DNA from: a virus
Length of the DNA: 64,000 nt
Strand: one strand, 5' to 3'
IMG/VR virus record: IMGVR_UViG_3300032397_000003
Coordinates: 91,574-155,573 of that record
The notes below the pieces were generated by a model. That model saw only the letters and a program-made list of their open reading frames with translations. It was not told the DNA's origin and ran no database searches. Below are positions 47,574 to 57,249 of the stretch, in pieces; the stretch's first letter is position 1, and every line of letters starts with the position of its first letter. A program made the translations under genes and the position numbers.

Positions 47574-49649
47574 TTATAAATGAGGGCGGGCTTTTAACAA
47601 ATGTTGAATAGCCTTAGTAGCAATCTCCTTCTTATCCCCCTCTTTATCTGAAAACCGTTTATTTTCCATTTCATATATCGTTGTAGGAATTGATTGATGG
47701 TTAAATGCTCCAAAGACAGCATTACAAGATGTATCTGAACAGTCCTTCGCATAAGTTCCAGCGGTGGATTTATCCCAATCTCCATTATACTTTTGATTTC
47801 TTGTTCCTTCCTCATGGTCTATTTTATCTTTTCCAGATTCTGATTTAGTTACTTTAAGAGCTTGTAGGTTATTCTTTAAGAATATGTTTCTACCTGATTT
47901 AATCAATCCATTATTAAGACAAGTAAGATATATCATATATGGGTTAATGGTACGATCTACAGATTGGATGAATATCTGTACATGATTTCTTTCTAAGAAT
48001 TGTTTACCGTGTCTTGATTGAAATGTATCTGTATATATTCCATATATAGGTAGACTAGCTTTACTCATTAAATCCATTATAAAGTATATAGGGGCTTCTA
48101 GTGATGTTTCTTTTTTAGCCCCTATTATAACACAACATAGATCATGAACAAATATAGAAGCTTTCTTTTCTATGCTCCACTCTTTATGAAGAATAGTTAT
48201 CCCCATTGCATCCCCTGCTAGCGAATAAGCGTTGTCAATTGAGATATATCGCGGTTCATTTGGTGCTCTAACAATTCTATATTCTCCCGTTGAATTTCTG
48301 TGAAAAAACTTGTCCTTAATTTGATCCCAAATTAACCCTTCTGGCAAATCAACCGCATCGGCAATTATTGCCCCTTCAACGTTCTTGAGTATATTATTCT
48401 CGAAAATATTTTCTATTAAGCTTATATCGTTAATAAATTTATTCTCAGATACAGTCGGTCTTCCCGCTATGTCCTTTATACTCTTAGCTAGATTATCTTT
48501 AAAAGCATCATAAGCATCTATAGGAACATATATAATTAAGTCACCTGGAATTCCTTCTAGTTGTCTTTCATCGGTAACTATAGCAGCTGGTATTGATCCA
48601 TTCCCTGTTATTACTTTAAACATAAGCCCCCTATCAAACAGGTCTTTGTTTAACCCTTCTACGCTCTCATATTCTTTTTGTTTTAAAAGTTCTTCCTTTC
48701 CTTTATTATACTTTTTAAAATTCTTTCCATTATTAGGAAGAGCTTCCCATCTCGTAGTCCAATTGAATCTTACTCCTTCCCTGTATCTTAGTTCAGTAAG
48801 TACGTGTTTCTCTATTACGGAATCAACATTGTTTGCTGATGTATCTAAGTATAAGAAAGTTAGATAATCTTCACCTACTGTAGCTTTAATTCTATCTGCT
48901 ACGTCCGTATATAATCTGAAGATACTTTCTTCAGTAGCACCCGCATTCTCAACCCAAAAACTTATTTCGCTGATATAGGCACTCAACAAATTTGCACCGA
49001 TGAATGCTAGAGCATCATCATTACCAAGTTGTAATTGTAATCCAGAGGCTAAAGTAATTTCCCCTGAAGTAGATGCTTTACTGTATACTATTTTTCCTCT
49101 ACCTAATCTATTCTGTTCTGGTATTACTTTATCTTGAAATTTAACCTGAATAAATCTATTTGATTTCTCCATCATTTTAAACATCGGTCTCAGATAGAGT
49201 TCTCTAGTCTTATCATACTTAAATGAAATAATATATACAGCTAAATCTGTAAGAGGGGATAGTCCATAATACATAGCAGGTTCTCTCACATGATGTATAA
49301 AGACCATTGTATATGCAATAAGCAGAATAGCTAAATATGTTTTACCTATCCTTGTTGAACCATACTGTACAATCTTATTATATTTCTTTGTAGGATCAAG
49401 GCATTCTAAAAATTCAGCTCTTATCCAAGGATATATACTTTGAGTAAATGTCTCTGGTAACCATCCATTCTTAGGATCAAGGAATTCTGCTGGAGTTGGG
49501 GGAGTAGAAAAATATATAATACTTTCAACTTGCTTCTTTAATTCTTCTTGTGTACTCTTATCAAAATACATCTTATACATCATCTCTCTTTCTTCTACTG
49601 AAAGATGACTATAGGATTCTTCTATTATTTGTTCTCTTGATTTCTCCAT
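47574..49649 (-). CDS. terL: terminase large subunit
   Basis: Walker A GSTRIGKT, Walker B-like AYISEI, coupling motif LDTSA, RNase H-like YISIDNA..GDAMG, TDTFQS, KDCSD. Confidence 0.85.
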   Translation of the reverse strand: MEKSREQIIEESYSHLSVEEREMMYKMYFDKSTQEELKKQVESIIYFSTPPTPAEFLDPKNGWLPETFTQSIYPWIRAEFLECLDPTKKYNKIVQYGSTRIGKTYLAILLIAYTMVFIHHVREPAMYYGLSPLTDLAVYIISFKYDKTRELYLRPMFKMMEKSNRFIQVKFQDKVIPEQNRLGRGKIVYSKASTSGEITLASGLQLQLGNDDALAFIGANLLSAYISEISFWVENAGATEESIFRLYTDVADRIKATVGEDYLTFLYLDTSANNVDSVIEKHVLTELRYREGVRFNWTTRWEALPNNGKNFKKYNKGKEELLKQKEYESVEGLNKDLFDRGLMFKVITGNGSIPAAIVTDERQLEGIPGDLIIYVPIDAYDAFKDNLAKSIKDIAGRPTVSENKFINDISLIENIFENNILKNVEGAIIADAVDLPEGLIWDQIKDKFFHRNSTGEYRIVRAPNEPRYISIDNAYSLAGDAMGITILHKEWSIEKKASIFVHDLCCVIIGAKKETSLEAPIYFIMDLMSKASLPIYGIYTDTFQSRHGKQFLERNHVQIFIQSVDRTINPYMIYLTCLNNGLIKSGRNIFLKNNLQALKVTKSESGKDKIDHEEGTRNQKYNGDWDKSTAGTYAKDCSDTSCNAVFGAFNHQSIPTTIYEMENKRFSDKEGDKKEIATKAIQHLLKARPHL

Positions 49650-49705
49650 TTATACTATTTTATATTAAAATTTTAATATAAATTACTCCTATTTTATTTA
49701 GATAA

Positions 49706-49771
49706 AAAACTGCAACTTTTTTTAAAAATAATAAAAAAAGTGTAGACATTTTTTATATAGTTTATTAGTAT
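49706..49771 (+). promoter_or_regulatory. class I (sigma70-type early) promoter, repeated cassette
   Basis: A-tract UP element then TAGACA-N17-TAGTAT; ~46 bp near-identical to 53184-53228. Confidence 0.75.
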
Positions 49772-49995
49772 TATATTAAGTTAGTTAAATAAGAAGTTTA
49801 AGGAGAAATAATATGCCACAACTAATTGCAGAAAAGGTAGATAATTCAATAATGATAATAGATACATTCTCCTCTAATATTGTAAGATTTGATGCTAATA
49901 AAATTCCATTTAGGGTGCTAAAAGTAAATTTTGATTGGACTAGAAAACAGATCATTGAAGCAATAAAAAATATTTAAAAATAAAGGAGAAGATGA

Positions 49996-50337
49996 ATGGA
50001 AAAGAAAATTGAAAAATATCAACCATTATTTGAAATGGCAAATTTGACTAAATCTGATACAGGTTTAAACTACAGACTTTGGATTCAAACTCAAACAGGG
50101 AAAGAAAAACATTGGGCTATACTTAAAGTGGAAGTAGATAATGAATTTATTCCTATATCTATTACTGATGAGCCTGAAATAATGATAAAGAGTAAAAAAG
50201 ATATTCTTGATGCTAAGGATTTCAATGCTATTAAAAAATGGATTGTAATGAATCAAGAAGTACTACTTAAATACTGGAATAGTAAAGGAGAAATGAGCTT
50301 ACAAGATTTCTTTAAGAAAATGAAAAAATTTAAATAG
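49996..50337 (+). CDS. DUF4160-like (EMANL family) protein
   Basis: KYQPLFEMANLTKSDTGL..LWI..GKEKH..LKV..KKWI..N.E.LLKYWN; paralog of 53819 and 24153. Confidence 0.65.
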   Translation: MEKKIEKYQPLFEMANLTKSDTGLNYRLWIQTQTGKEKHWAILKVEVDNEFIPISITDEPEIMIKSKKDILDAKDFNAIKKWIVMNQEVLLKYWNSKGEMSLQDFFKKMKKFK

Positions 50338-50351
50338 TATTAAAAAAGTAG

Positions 50352-50379
50352 TAGACATTACAAGTAGTTACTATATAAC
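50352..50379 (+). promoter_or_regulatory. class I promoter
   Basis: A-tract then TAGACA-N16-TATAAC. Confidence 0.6.
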
Positions 50380-50400
50380 TAAATTAAAAAGGAGAAGATA

Positions 50401-50796
50401 ATGGAAAGATATTTAACAGAGGATCAGAAACAAATTAAAATTTGGAGAGAAAAAGAAAAGTTTACTGAAATGTCAAGAATAGGTAATTTACCTAAGCATA
50501 AAGATATTTCAGTATGGGTAAATGAAAAAGGGGAAGAAAGAGAAGAGCCTCATTTTCATATTAGATTTGCAAATAATGAAGTATTTAGATTAAGATTCAA
50601 AGATTTAAGCACTATGGATAAAAAAGGATTTGATAGTGTCTTATTAAAAGAATTTATAAAATGGTTAAAATCCCCAAGCAAGCTTGATAAAGATATTACA
50701 AATGTAAAAGTATCTCTACTGATTTGGAACGCACAAGAATACAATACCCACAGAGTTAAAATGTCTGATTTAAAATGGTTAAAAAATATTGAATAA
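50401..50796 (+). CDS. DUF4160-like protein
   Basis: EMSRIG..ISVWVNE..EEPHFHI motif. Confidence 0.65.
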   Translation: MERYLTEDQKQIKIWREKEKFTEMSRIGNLPKHKDISVWVNEKGEEREEPHFHIRFANNEVFRLRFKDLSTMDKKGFDSVLLKEFIKWLKSPSKLDKDITNVKVSLLIWNAQEYNTHRVKMSDLKWLKNIE

Positions 50797-50821
50797 AAAA
50801 TTAAAAAATTAAAAAAAGTAG

Positions 50822-50849
50822 TAGACATTTTTAATAGGTAGTTTACTAT
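50822..50849 (+). promoter_or_regulatory. class I promoter
   Basis: A-tract then TAGACA-N16-TACTAT. Confidence 0.65.
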
Positions 50850-50890
50850 AGTATTTAATAAGAAGTTAAAAATAAATAAGGAGAAAAACA

Positions 50891-51040
50891 ATGACAGCAA
50901 AACAGATTCAAAAAGCATTTTCAAAAGAAGACTCAAGAGAAGAATCAATGGCATTTGTTTCAACATTCAAAAAAGACAAAAGAGATTCATCCAAATGGTC
51001 TAAACGTAAAGTTGATTACTATGGTAACAACGTAAAATAA
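50891..51040 (+). CDS. small early protein (49 aa, not in ORF track)
   Basis: AAGGAG RBS; MTAKQIQKAFSKEDSREES...YYGNNVK. Confidence 0.6.
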   Translation: MTAKQIQKAFSKEDSREESMAFVSTFKKDKRDSSKWSKRKVDYYGNNVK

Positions 51041-51053
51041 TTTAAAAAATTAA

Positions 51054-51692
51054 ATGGAGAAATTACCAATGGCAAAATTAAACAGTATCTACATAACAAA
51101 AACAGATGAAGAAGTAATTGATATTTACAGGAATAATGCTCACTATAGAACTAAACAAGAAATTGAAACTTATTTTTACAAAAAGTATTCACCACTATTT
51201 AAAGCTCTTTCAAGAAAATTTTACTATGCTGAATCAGTAGAAGATAATATGCAAGAGTGCTATTTAAAAATGATTGAAATACTTGAAGATTCTTCTTATA
51301 CTGTAGGGGAGGATACTTTAGGTTTAATGTTAAGAAAAAAAATAAATTCTCATTTACAGTATCAAGGTAAAAAAGCTCAAGAGTATATGGTAGAGGAGTA
51401 TATAGAACTTGATGAGGAAGATGAAGATGCTATAATAACAAAACAAAGTAAAATACACAGTGAAGAATTTGTTTCAGAACTTATATTTAATATTACTCTT
51501 AAAGATTTTAGAAAACAACTTAGTACATATGAAAATAAACTTATGGACCTACTACCTAGCAGTATGGAAAAAAAGGAAATAGCAAAAGAATTAGGATATA
51601 AACATACTGCTAATTTAGCCCCTATAAGAAAAAGTCTAAAAGAAAGATATATTACTTTTATGAATGAAGCTGGATATGAATTAGCTATATAA
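51054..51692 (+). CDS. phage sigma-70-family sigma factor
   Basis: Region 2-like KYSPLFKALSRKFY..VEDNMQECYL; region 4 HTH LSTYE....MEKKEIAKELG. Confidence 0.75.
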   Translation: MEKLPMAKLNSIYITKTDEEVIDIYRNNAHYRTKQEIETYFYKKYSPLFKALSRKFYYAESVEDNMQECYLKMIEILEDSSYTVGEDTLGLMLRKKINSHLQYQGKKAQEYMVEEYIELDEEDEDAIITKQSKIHSEEFVSELIFNITLKDFRKQLSTYENKLMDLLPSSMEKKEIAKELGYKHTANLAPIRKSLKERYITFMNEAGYELAI

Positions 51693-51761
51693 GAGATTAT
51701 TTGTAACTGCTTTATAATTATTATAAGGCAGATATAAAAAATTTTAAAAGGAGAAAGAAAA

Positions 51762-51980
51762 ATGAATACACAGGATGTTACAAAAATAAAAGAGTTTATG
51801 TTTTATAATTTTGTTAGTTATACAAATCAATTAACAGAGGAAGAAAAATTTACAAATGATTTTGATGCATTTAAAATGACTGAAACTCTTAGTATATTAC
51901 TAAATACAACAAAACAAAAAATAATGACAGATTACCTTAATTATTATAAGGTACAAAAGCAATTAGGACTTTTTAAATGA
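51762..51980 (+). CDS. hypothetical protein
   Basis: AAGGAG RBS. Confidence 0.55.
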   Translation: MNTQDVTKIKEFMFYNFVSYTNQLTEEEKFTNDFDAFKMTETLSILLNTTKQKIMTDYLNYYKVQKQLGLFK

Positions 51981-52171
51981 AATGTCAACACTTTCACATA
52001 TGCGTAAATAGTTATAACCCTCTCTGTTCTGATAGTAAATGTTCTCTTATTAAACAGGAACAAGGGAGAGAAGATCAAAGTAGGTTAGAATCTGTTAGAC
52101 GAGCAATAGATAAGTATAAGACTAATGAGAAAATAAAAAGTTTTTTAGATAGAAAAAGTTTTAATTGTTGA
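51977..52171 (+). CDS. hypothetical protein
   Basis: ATGA-coupled, Cys-rich N-terminus. Confidence 0.5.
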   Translation: MKCQHFHICVNSYNPLCSDSKCSLIKQEQGREDQSRLESVRRAIDKYKTNEKIKSFLDRKSFNC

Positions 52172-52188
52172 TAAAATTTCTATATATT
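52160..52188 (+). promoter_or_regulatory. class II promoter
   Basis: TTTAAT-N17-TATATT. Confidence 0.7.
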
Positions 52189-52225
52189 ATAATTAGAGAA
52201 TGAATTTAAATAAGGGGTAAATATA

Positions 52226-52411
52226 ATGACAAAGAAACAATTACTTAAGCTGTTAAAAGATATTCCTGATGATTATGAAATTATAGCAGAGACTATTCCT
52301 GTAAATGATGAAGCAATAAAAGGACGGTCTCGATATACAGAATTTAAAATTGATAGTGATGCTATTGCTTATGATGATCATAGAAAAGTAATAATAATGA
52401 CTTTGATATAA
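52226..52411 (+). CDS. hypothetical protein
   Basis: MTKKQLLKLLKDIPDD N-terminus; RBS present. Confidence 0.55.
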   Translation: MTKKQLLKLLKDIPDDYEIIAETIPVNDEAIKGRSRYTEFKIDSDAIAYDDHRKVIIMTLI

Positions 52412-52422
52412 GGAGAAGAGTT

Positions 52423-52683
52423 ATGTTAACCAACGAAGAACTTGAACAAGTAGATATAAATCAATTTCTTAAAGATTATGTAAATGGTAGAACATATAGA
52501 GATATAAATGCTGTACTTAAAAGATTAGATATACCGGAAGAAGATAAAGAGTATATTCAGAAGTATATTCAGAAGTATATCAAATGGAGAAAAAGTTTTT
52601 TCTATAAAAAAGGTATAGAAAATGGAAAGGAAAGATTTAAAAAAGATTTATGGGAAATGATTAAACCGGATTTGGAGGATTGA
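52423..52683 (+). CDS. hypothetical protein
   Basis: AAGGAG RBS; contains an in-frame 12-bp tandem duplication (YIQK repeated). Confidence 0.55.
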   Translation: MLTNEELEQVDINQFLKDYVNGRTYRDINAVLKRLDIPEEDKEYIQKYIQKYIKWRKSFFYKKGIENGKERFKKDLWEMIKPDLED

Positions 52684-52937
52684 ATATGAGAAAGTTTATA
52701 ACATATGATGGTAAATATACTACAACAAATGATGCAGGACTTTTAAAAGTATGGAGATATGATATTGAATGTATAGGAGAACCTTGGAGAGAGGAAGATT
52801 TAATTGGAGATGGTTATGTTCTTTCTCTAATACATAGAATAGAAGAATTGGAAGATGAACTTAGTAAAACAAAAGAGGATTTATATATTTCTAAAGAAGT
52901 AATTAAGCCAGCAGGGCAAGGAGATTATTGCGAATGA
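52680..52937 (+). CDS. hypothetical protein
   Basis: GGAGG RBS. Confidence 0.55.
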   Translation: MNMRKFITYDGKYTTTNDAGLLKVWRYDIECIGEPWREEDLIGDGYVLSLIHRIEELEDELSKTKEDLYISKEVIKPAGQGDYCE

Positions 52938-52946
52938 AATATATAT

Positions 52947-53135
52947 GTGGATATTTATATAAGAATACTAAGTATTGACAATGTAGCTGATGCTGTAGTA
53001 AAACTATTAGGTGTAAGGTATGCAAAAAGCATAAAGTCTGAAACAGTTATTACTGATTGGACGACTTTTGGGATGGATAACATAAGATTAGCAACAGCAG
53101 AAGAACTTCAAGAATATTTTAAGGAGAATAAGTAA
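52947..53135 (+). CDS. hypothetical protein
   Basis: Ends IRLATAEELQEYF. Confidence 0.5.
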   Translation: MDIYIRILSIDNVADAVVKLLGVRYAKSIKSETVITDWTTFGMDNIRLATAEELQEYFKENK

Positions 53136-53183
53136 TTTTATACTAAAAATAAAATAGATATTATAACTTAAATATATAGAAAT

Positions 53184-53248
53184 AAAACTGCAACTTTTTT
53201 AAAAATAATAAAAAAAGTGTAGACATTTCTACATATGTTTTGTACTAT
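53184..53248 (+). promoter_or_regulatory. class I promoter, repeated cassette
   Basis: TAGACA-N17-TACTAT; repeat of the 49706 cassette. Confidence 0.75.
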
Positions 53249-53287
53249 ATACTTAAGTTAATAAAAAGAAGTTAAAGGAGAAACAAA

Positions 53288-53545
53288 ATGAAAAAAGAAA
53301 TAATTACTATTGAAAGACTTAAAGGATTACAAGACAGCATTTCCTACTTGGGTAGTTTCGGGGTTAGTTATAAATCATCTAATGTTTTAATATCTCAGGA
53401 TCATAAAAATTATAAAGATATTGATATAGTTTGTGAAAATGGGGATATCTCATATTCTCTTACTGATAAACTATATAAACTTGCAGAGCTTAATATCGAA
53501 AGAGATAGAATCATAAATGAAATAATGAATTCTAAGGGGGAATGA
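53288..53545 (+). CDS. hypothetical early protein
   Basis: AAGGAG RBS after a class I promoter. Confidence 0.6.
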   Translation: MKKEIITIERLKGLQDSISYLGSFGVSYKSSNVLISQDHKNYKDIDIVCENGDISYSLTDKLYKLAELNIERDRIINEIMNSKGE

Positions 53546-53817
53546 AAATGAGAGAATCAGAAATTGAAAAAGTAATCTATAATTTATTAGATGTGCCACA
53601 ACATAAAATTAAATATGCTATAAGAACCAATCTTATTGAATGTATGTTTCTAACACTTAAAAATTATGGAATTAAATTAACTGAAGATGTATTTGAAATT
53701 TTCAATGATATTATAATCGAAAAACTTTCTGGTTCTGTTGATATTGATTATAAGTTTGAAGATGAAGAAGAATATAACAATATTATGAATCTCAAAAATT
53801 TAATAAAGGAGAAATAA
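53542..53817 (+). CDS. hypothetical protein
   Basis: Coupled ORF. Confidence 0.55.
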   Translation: MKMRESEIEKVIYNLLDVPQHKIKYAIRTNLIECMFLTLKNYGIKLTEDVFEIFNDIIIEKLSGSVDIDYKFEDEEEYNNIMNLKNLIKEK

Positions 53818-53818
53818 A

Positions 53819-54142
53819 ATGGAAAATGAAAGATACCAAAAGTTTTTTGAAATGGCAAATATCTCTATTAAAAAAACTGGATTAGATTATATAGTTTGGA
53901 TATCTCCTCAATCGGGAAAAGAGAAACATAACGCTAGAATTAAAATTCAAATTGATAATGATTTTGTTCCTATAACAATCTCTGATAATCCAGAATTAAA
54001 AAGTAAAACCAAAATAGATTCAAAGAAACTCAACAAAGTGTATAAATGGATTATACTCAATAAAGAAACACTTTTAAAATATTGGAATGGTAAAGGTAAA
54101 ATTGGTATAGATGAGATACTGGATGAACTAAAGAAAATTTAA
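53819..54142 (+). CDS. DUF4160-like (EMANL family) protein
   Basis: RYQKFFEMANISIKKTGL..VWI..GKEKHNARIKI..KWI..NKETLLKYWN. Confidence 0.65.
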   Translation: MENERYQKFFEMANISIKKTGLDYIVWISPQSGKEKHNARIKIQIDNDFVPITISDNPELKSKTKIDSKKLNKVYKWIILNKETLLKYWNGKGKIGIDEILDELKKI

Positions 54143-54157
54143 ATAAGGAGAAATAAG

Positions 54158-54346
54158 ATGGGAACAAAAATAGCAAGCAAGATGGCAGAAGCAAAACTTA
54201 AGGTTCATAATAATTTAATGAATAAGTATATGCAAATTGGGCTAACTAGAGAAGATGCTTCCACAAGAGTATATGATGAAATCAATTCAGGATTACATAA
54301 TAAGGATATTAAAAACTGTGAAAAGATTCTCAGTGGAAGAGGGTAG
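54158..54346 (+). CDS. hypothetical protein
   Basis: AAGGAG RBS. Confidence 0.55.
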   Translation: MGTKIASKMAEAKLKVHNNLMNKYMQIGLTREDASTRVYDEINSGLHNKDIKNCEKILSGRG

Positions 54347-54351
54347 TAAAA

Positions 54352-54876
54352 ATGAAAAAATATGAACGATACCAGGAATCAATTACTGTAGGATATAAAG
54401 GTAGAAAAATTATTGATACTTATCATTCTATCGACAGATTAGTTGATAAAACTAGATTTGTCAATTTAGAAAAGGATCAAGTTATTACTGTTATCAATAA
54501 TGGAATAAAAAAGATTATAGATAACTATAAAGATGAAAGTACCACTTATGGTATATGGTCTAAATCAACTGGAATATGTATCATATTAGAACGGAGAAAA
54601 GATAATCAGAATAATAAGGATAAAAATAATCATGCTATCATTATTACTCTTCCACCTATTAAGAAAAATTTTAAGGACTTTCATACTAAGTCAGTGGATA
54701 CCAGAATAATAGTAGAGAGTTATTTACACTCTTATATAATGAAAATAGCTCAAAAAGAAATAGGGTGTAGTGCTAATGAAATAATAACAATTAAACTTAA
54801 TGAAAATGTTAATGTCACCTATCACGAAGGAGAACTTTGGGATAGTGGAATAGCATACTGTATAGAAGTAGAATAA
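54352..54876 (+). CDS. putative internal head protein
   Basis: MKKYERYQES leader; TYHSIDR..R motif. Confidence 0.5.
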   Translation: MKKYERYQESITVGYKGRKIIDTYHSIDRLVDKTRFVNLEKDQVITVINNGIKKIIDNYKDESTTYGIWSKSTGICIILERRKDNQNNKDKNNHAIIITLPPIKKNFKDFHTKSVDTRIIVESYLHSYIMKIAQKEIGCSANEIITIKLNENVNVTYHEGELWDSGIAYCIEVE

Positions 54877-54897
54877 AGGATAAAAGGAGAAATAACA

Positions 54898-56706
54898 ATG
54901 ATACAGAAAACAGTTACAAAACTTATTGAAGCAAAGGAAGCTTATTATAATAATGAACCTATTATGACAGATGAAGACTTTGATTATTTAGAATACACTC
55001 TTAGACAAATGGACCCTGATAATAATTATTTTAATCTAGTTGGGGTAGCTCCTATAGGGGATAAAATAAAACATCAATATCCTATGCTATCTATGGCAAA
55101 AGCAAAATCAGTTTCTGATGTAGAAGTATGGTTGAAAAAGATTTTAGACGAACGAGTTCATCTTATTATCGAACCTAAGATAGATGGACTATCTGCAAGT
55201 TGTATATATGAAAATGGTAAACTTCAATATATAGTTACAAGAGGGGATGGGGTAGAAGGAAGAAATATATCACAAATAAAAGATTATATTGATATCCCCA
55301 AAACTATTTCTGTTACTGATAGAATAGAAATTAGGGGGGAGTTATTTATTCCACAGAATAGTGATTTTCCTAATCCCGAGGGTAAACCTCTAAGAAATCT
55401 TGCAGTAGGTCTTGTGAATAGAAAAGATACTGGACTAGAAGATTTGAAATATCTCAAGTTTGTAGCTTATCAAGTATTTGGTTCTGATAAAGAAACAGAA
55501 ATGGAAAAACTCCTATTTATAAAAGATAATAATTTTAATATCGTAGAATCTTTTGTAGCAAAATCTATAGAGGATATTCAAACTTATTTTAATGATTATA
55601 AAGAACACTATAGAACAGTATGGGAATATGAAACTGATGGTCTTATCATTATAGTAAATGATTGTAAGCTACATGAAGAAATCAATGCTAAGTATACCGT
55701 AAGTCACCATAATCATTATGCTATAGCTCTTAAACCTGAATCTGAATCTATGTGGACTATTGTAAATGATATTACATGGCAAGTAAGTAAAAGTGGTTCA
55801 GTTATACCCGTAGTTAATATTGACCCAGTTACTATTGGAGGAGCTGTAATAAGAAATGTTACCGCTAATAATTATGAGAATGTTAAAAAACTTAAAATCA
55901 ATATTGGTGATAAAATTCATGTGGCGCGGAGTAATGATGTCATACCCTACTTAATTGAAACTATACCAAGTTTTGATCAATCAAATTTAATTCCAAAACT
56001 ATGCCCATCTTGTGATAATCATCTAATAGAAAAAGGGGTTCATATAGTTTGTGATAATCCTAAATGTGAAGAAAAGAATATCCAACTTATCACTTCATGG
56101 GTCAAGTCATGTGATATGGATCAAGTATCTGAATCAACTGTAAGGGCTTTATATAATAATCAATATATTAAATATATACAGGACTTATATGTATTAAAAG
56201 CTAAACATATTTCACTAGATGGATTTGGAGATAAGAAAATAACAAATCTATTAGCTCAAATTGAAAAATCAAGAACAATGAATATTCAACAATTTATAGC
56301 AAGACTATCCATCAATCTTGTAGGAGAAAAGGCAGTAAAAAAGCTTGGAATAAATACTATTGACGATTTCTTTAATTTCAATGATAGACAATCTGTGGTA
56401 GGACAAAATATAATAGATTATAGAAAGGAGAATGAAAAACAAATAGAGAATCTTATACAATACCTACATATAGAAGATATAGTTTCTAAATCAGCAACTA
56501 AAGGGAAAGTCTGTATGACAGGTTCTGGACCCCGTGGAAGAAAAGAACTGATTAAAGAGATAGAAGATAAAGGTTATGAATTTACAGACAGTATCAATAA
56601 AGAAACTTCCATATTACTTTGTGAAGATGTTAATGGATCATCTTCTAAACTTGAAAAAGCTAAGAAACTTGGAATACAGCTAATGAATTATTCAGAATTT
56701 TTTTAA
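54898..56706 (+). CDS. ligA: NAD-dependent DNA ligase
   Basis: HQYPMLSM, EPKIDG, TRGDG, EIRGE, TDGLII, AIALK, RSNDVIP, Zn finger CPSC..C..C, C-terminal BRCT domain. Confidence 0.95.
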   Translation: MIQKTVTKLIEAKEAYYNNEPIMTDEDFDYLEYTLRQMDPDNNYFNLVGVAPIGDKIKHQYPMLSMAKAKSVSDVEVWLKKILDERVHLIIEPKIDGLSASCIYENGKLQYIVTRGDGVEGRNISQIKDYIDIPKTISVTDRIEIRGELFIPQNSDFPNPEGKPLRNLAVGLVNRKDTGLEDLKYLKFVAYQVFGSDKETEMEKLLFIKDNNFNIVESFVAKSIEDIQTYFNDYKEHYRTVWEYETDGLIIIVNDCKLHEEINAKYTVSHHNHYAIALKPESESMWTIVNDITWQVSKSGSVIPVVNIDPVTIGGAVIRNVTANNYENVKKLKINIGDKIHVARSNDVIPYLIETIPSFDQSNLIPKLCPSCDNHLIEKGVHIVCDNPKCEEKNIQLITSWVKSCDMDQVSESTVRALYNNQYIKYIQDLYVLKAKHISLDGFGDKKITNLLAQIEKSRTMNIQQFIARLSINLVGEKAVKKLGINTIDDFFNFNDRQSVVGQNIIDYRKENEKQIENLIQYLHIEDIVSKSATKGKVCMTGSGPRGRKELIKEIEDKGYEFTDSINKETSILLCEDVNGSSSKLEKAKKLGIQLMNYSEFF

Positions 56707-56714
56707 ATAAAAAG

Positions 56715-56743
56715 TTTAATTTATAGGAAAAATTCTATATATT
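56715..56743 (+). promoter_or_regulatory. class II promoter
   Basis: TTTAAT-N17-TATATT. Confidence 0.72.
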
Positions 56744-56775
56744 ATATATAGGAATTTAAATAAGAAGAAAAACAA

Positions 56776-57249
56776 ATGGAAAGAATTAAAAAATATCAAA
56801 GAATATTACAAGAGATGGATTTTAAGCGTTCTGAAATTGAACAGGAAATTAGAAGTTCAGACCGTAATAGAAGAGAACATTTGGTACTGTGTTATTATCT
56901 TCCTAAACATACTGCTAATAACCACTGGCAACAAGAAATCTATGCTGATATAAAAGATATAGCGGATAGAAAATGGAAAAATAATAATTGGTATTTATCG
57001 GAAAAAGAGTACTTAGATAATCTCTGGAATAAACCATATGAGAATAAGGATGAGTATGAAATCATAGATAAGACTATTGAAGGACTTATTTATGATAAGT
57101 ACAAAATCCCTAAAGACTGGAAAGATGAAAAAGATGATTTGGTTATTTCACTTCATAATCTTTATCAAGAAATTTCAAAATTACTGTCAGAAGGTAAAAT
57201 AAGTAGATTGGTTGTTTATAAGTTAATAGAAAAATATATTATTAAATAA
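56776..57249 (+). CDS. DUF29-like helical protein with internal-protein-type leader
   Basis: KYQRILQEM leader; EHL....NHWQQEI motif. Confidence 0.5.
   Translation: MERIKKYQRILQEMDFKRSEIEQEIRSSDRNRREHLVLCYYLPKHTANNHWQQEIYADIKDIADRKWKNNNWYLSEKEYLDNLWNKPYENKDEYEIIDKTIEGLIYDKYKIPKDWKDEKDDLVISLHNLYQEISKLLSEGKISRLVVYKLIEKYIIK

Noticed and set aside
47574-49649. Intein or intron in the long terminase gene
   Set aside because: Continuous ORF; no intein splice-junction or LAGLIDADG motifs recognised
52550-52580. 12-bp tandem repeat AGTATATTCAGA
   Set aside because: Short in-frame duplication (YIQK) with no frameshift or array character
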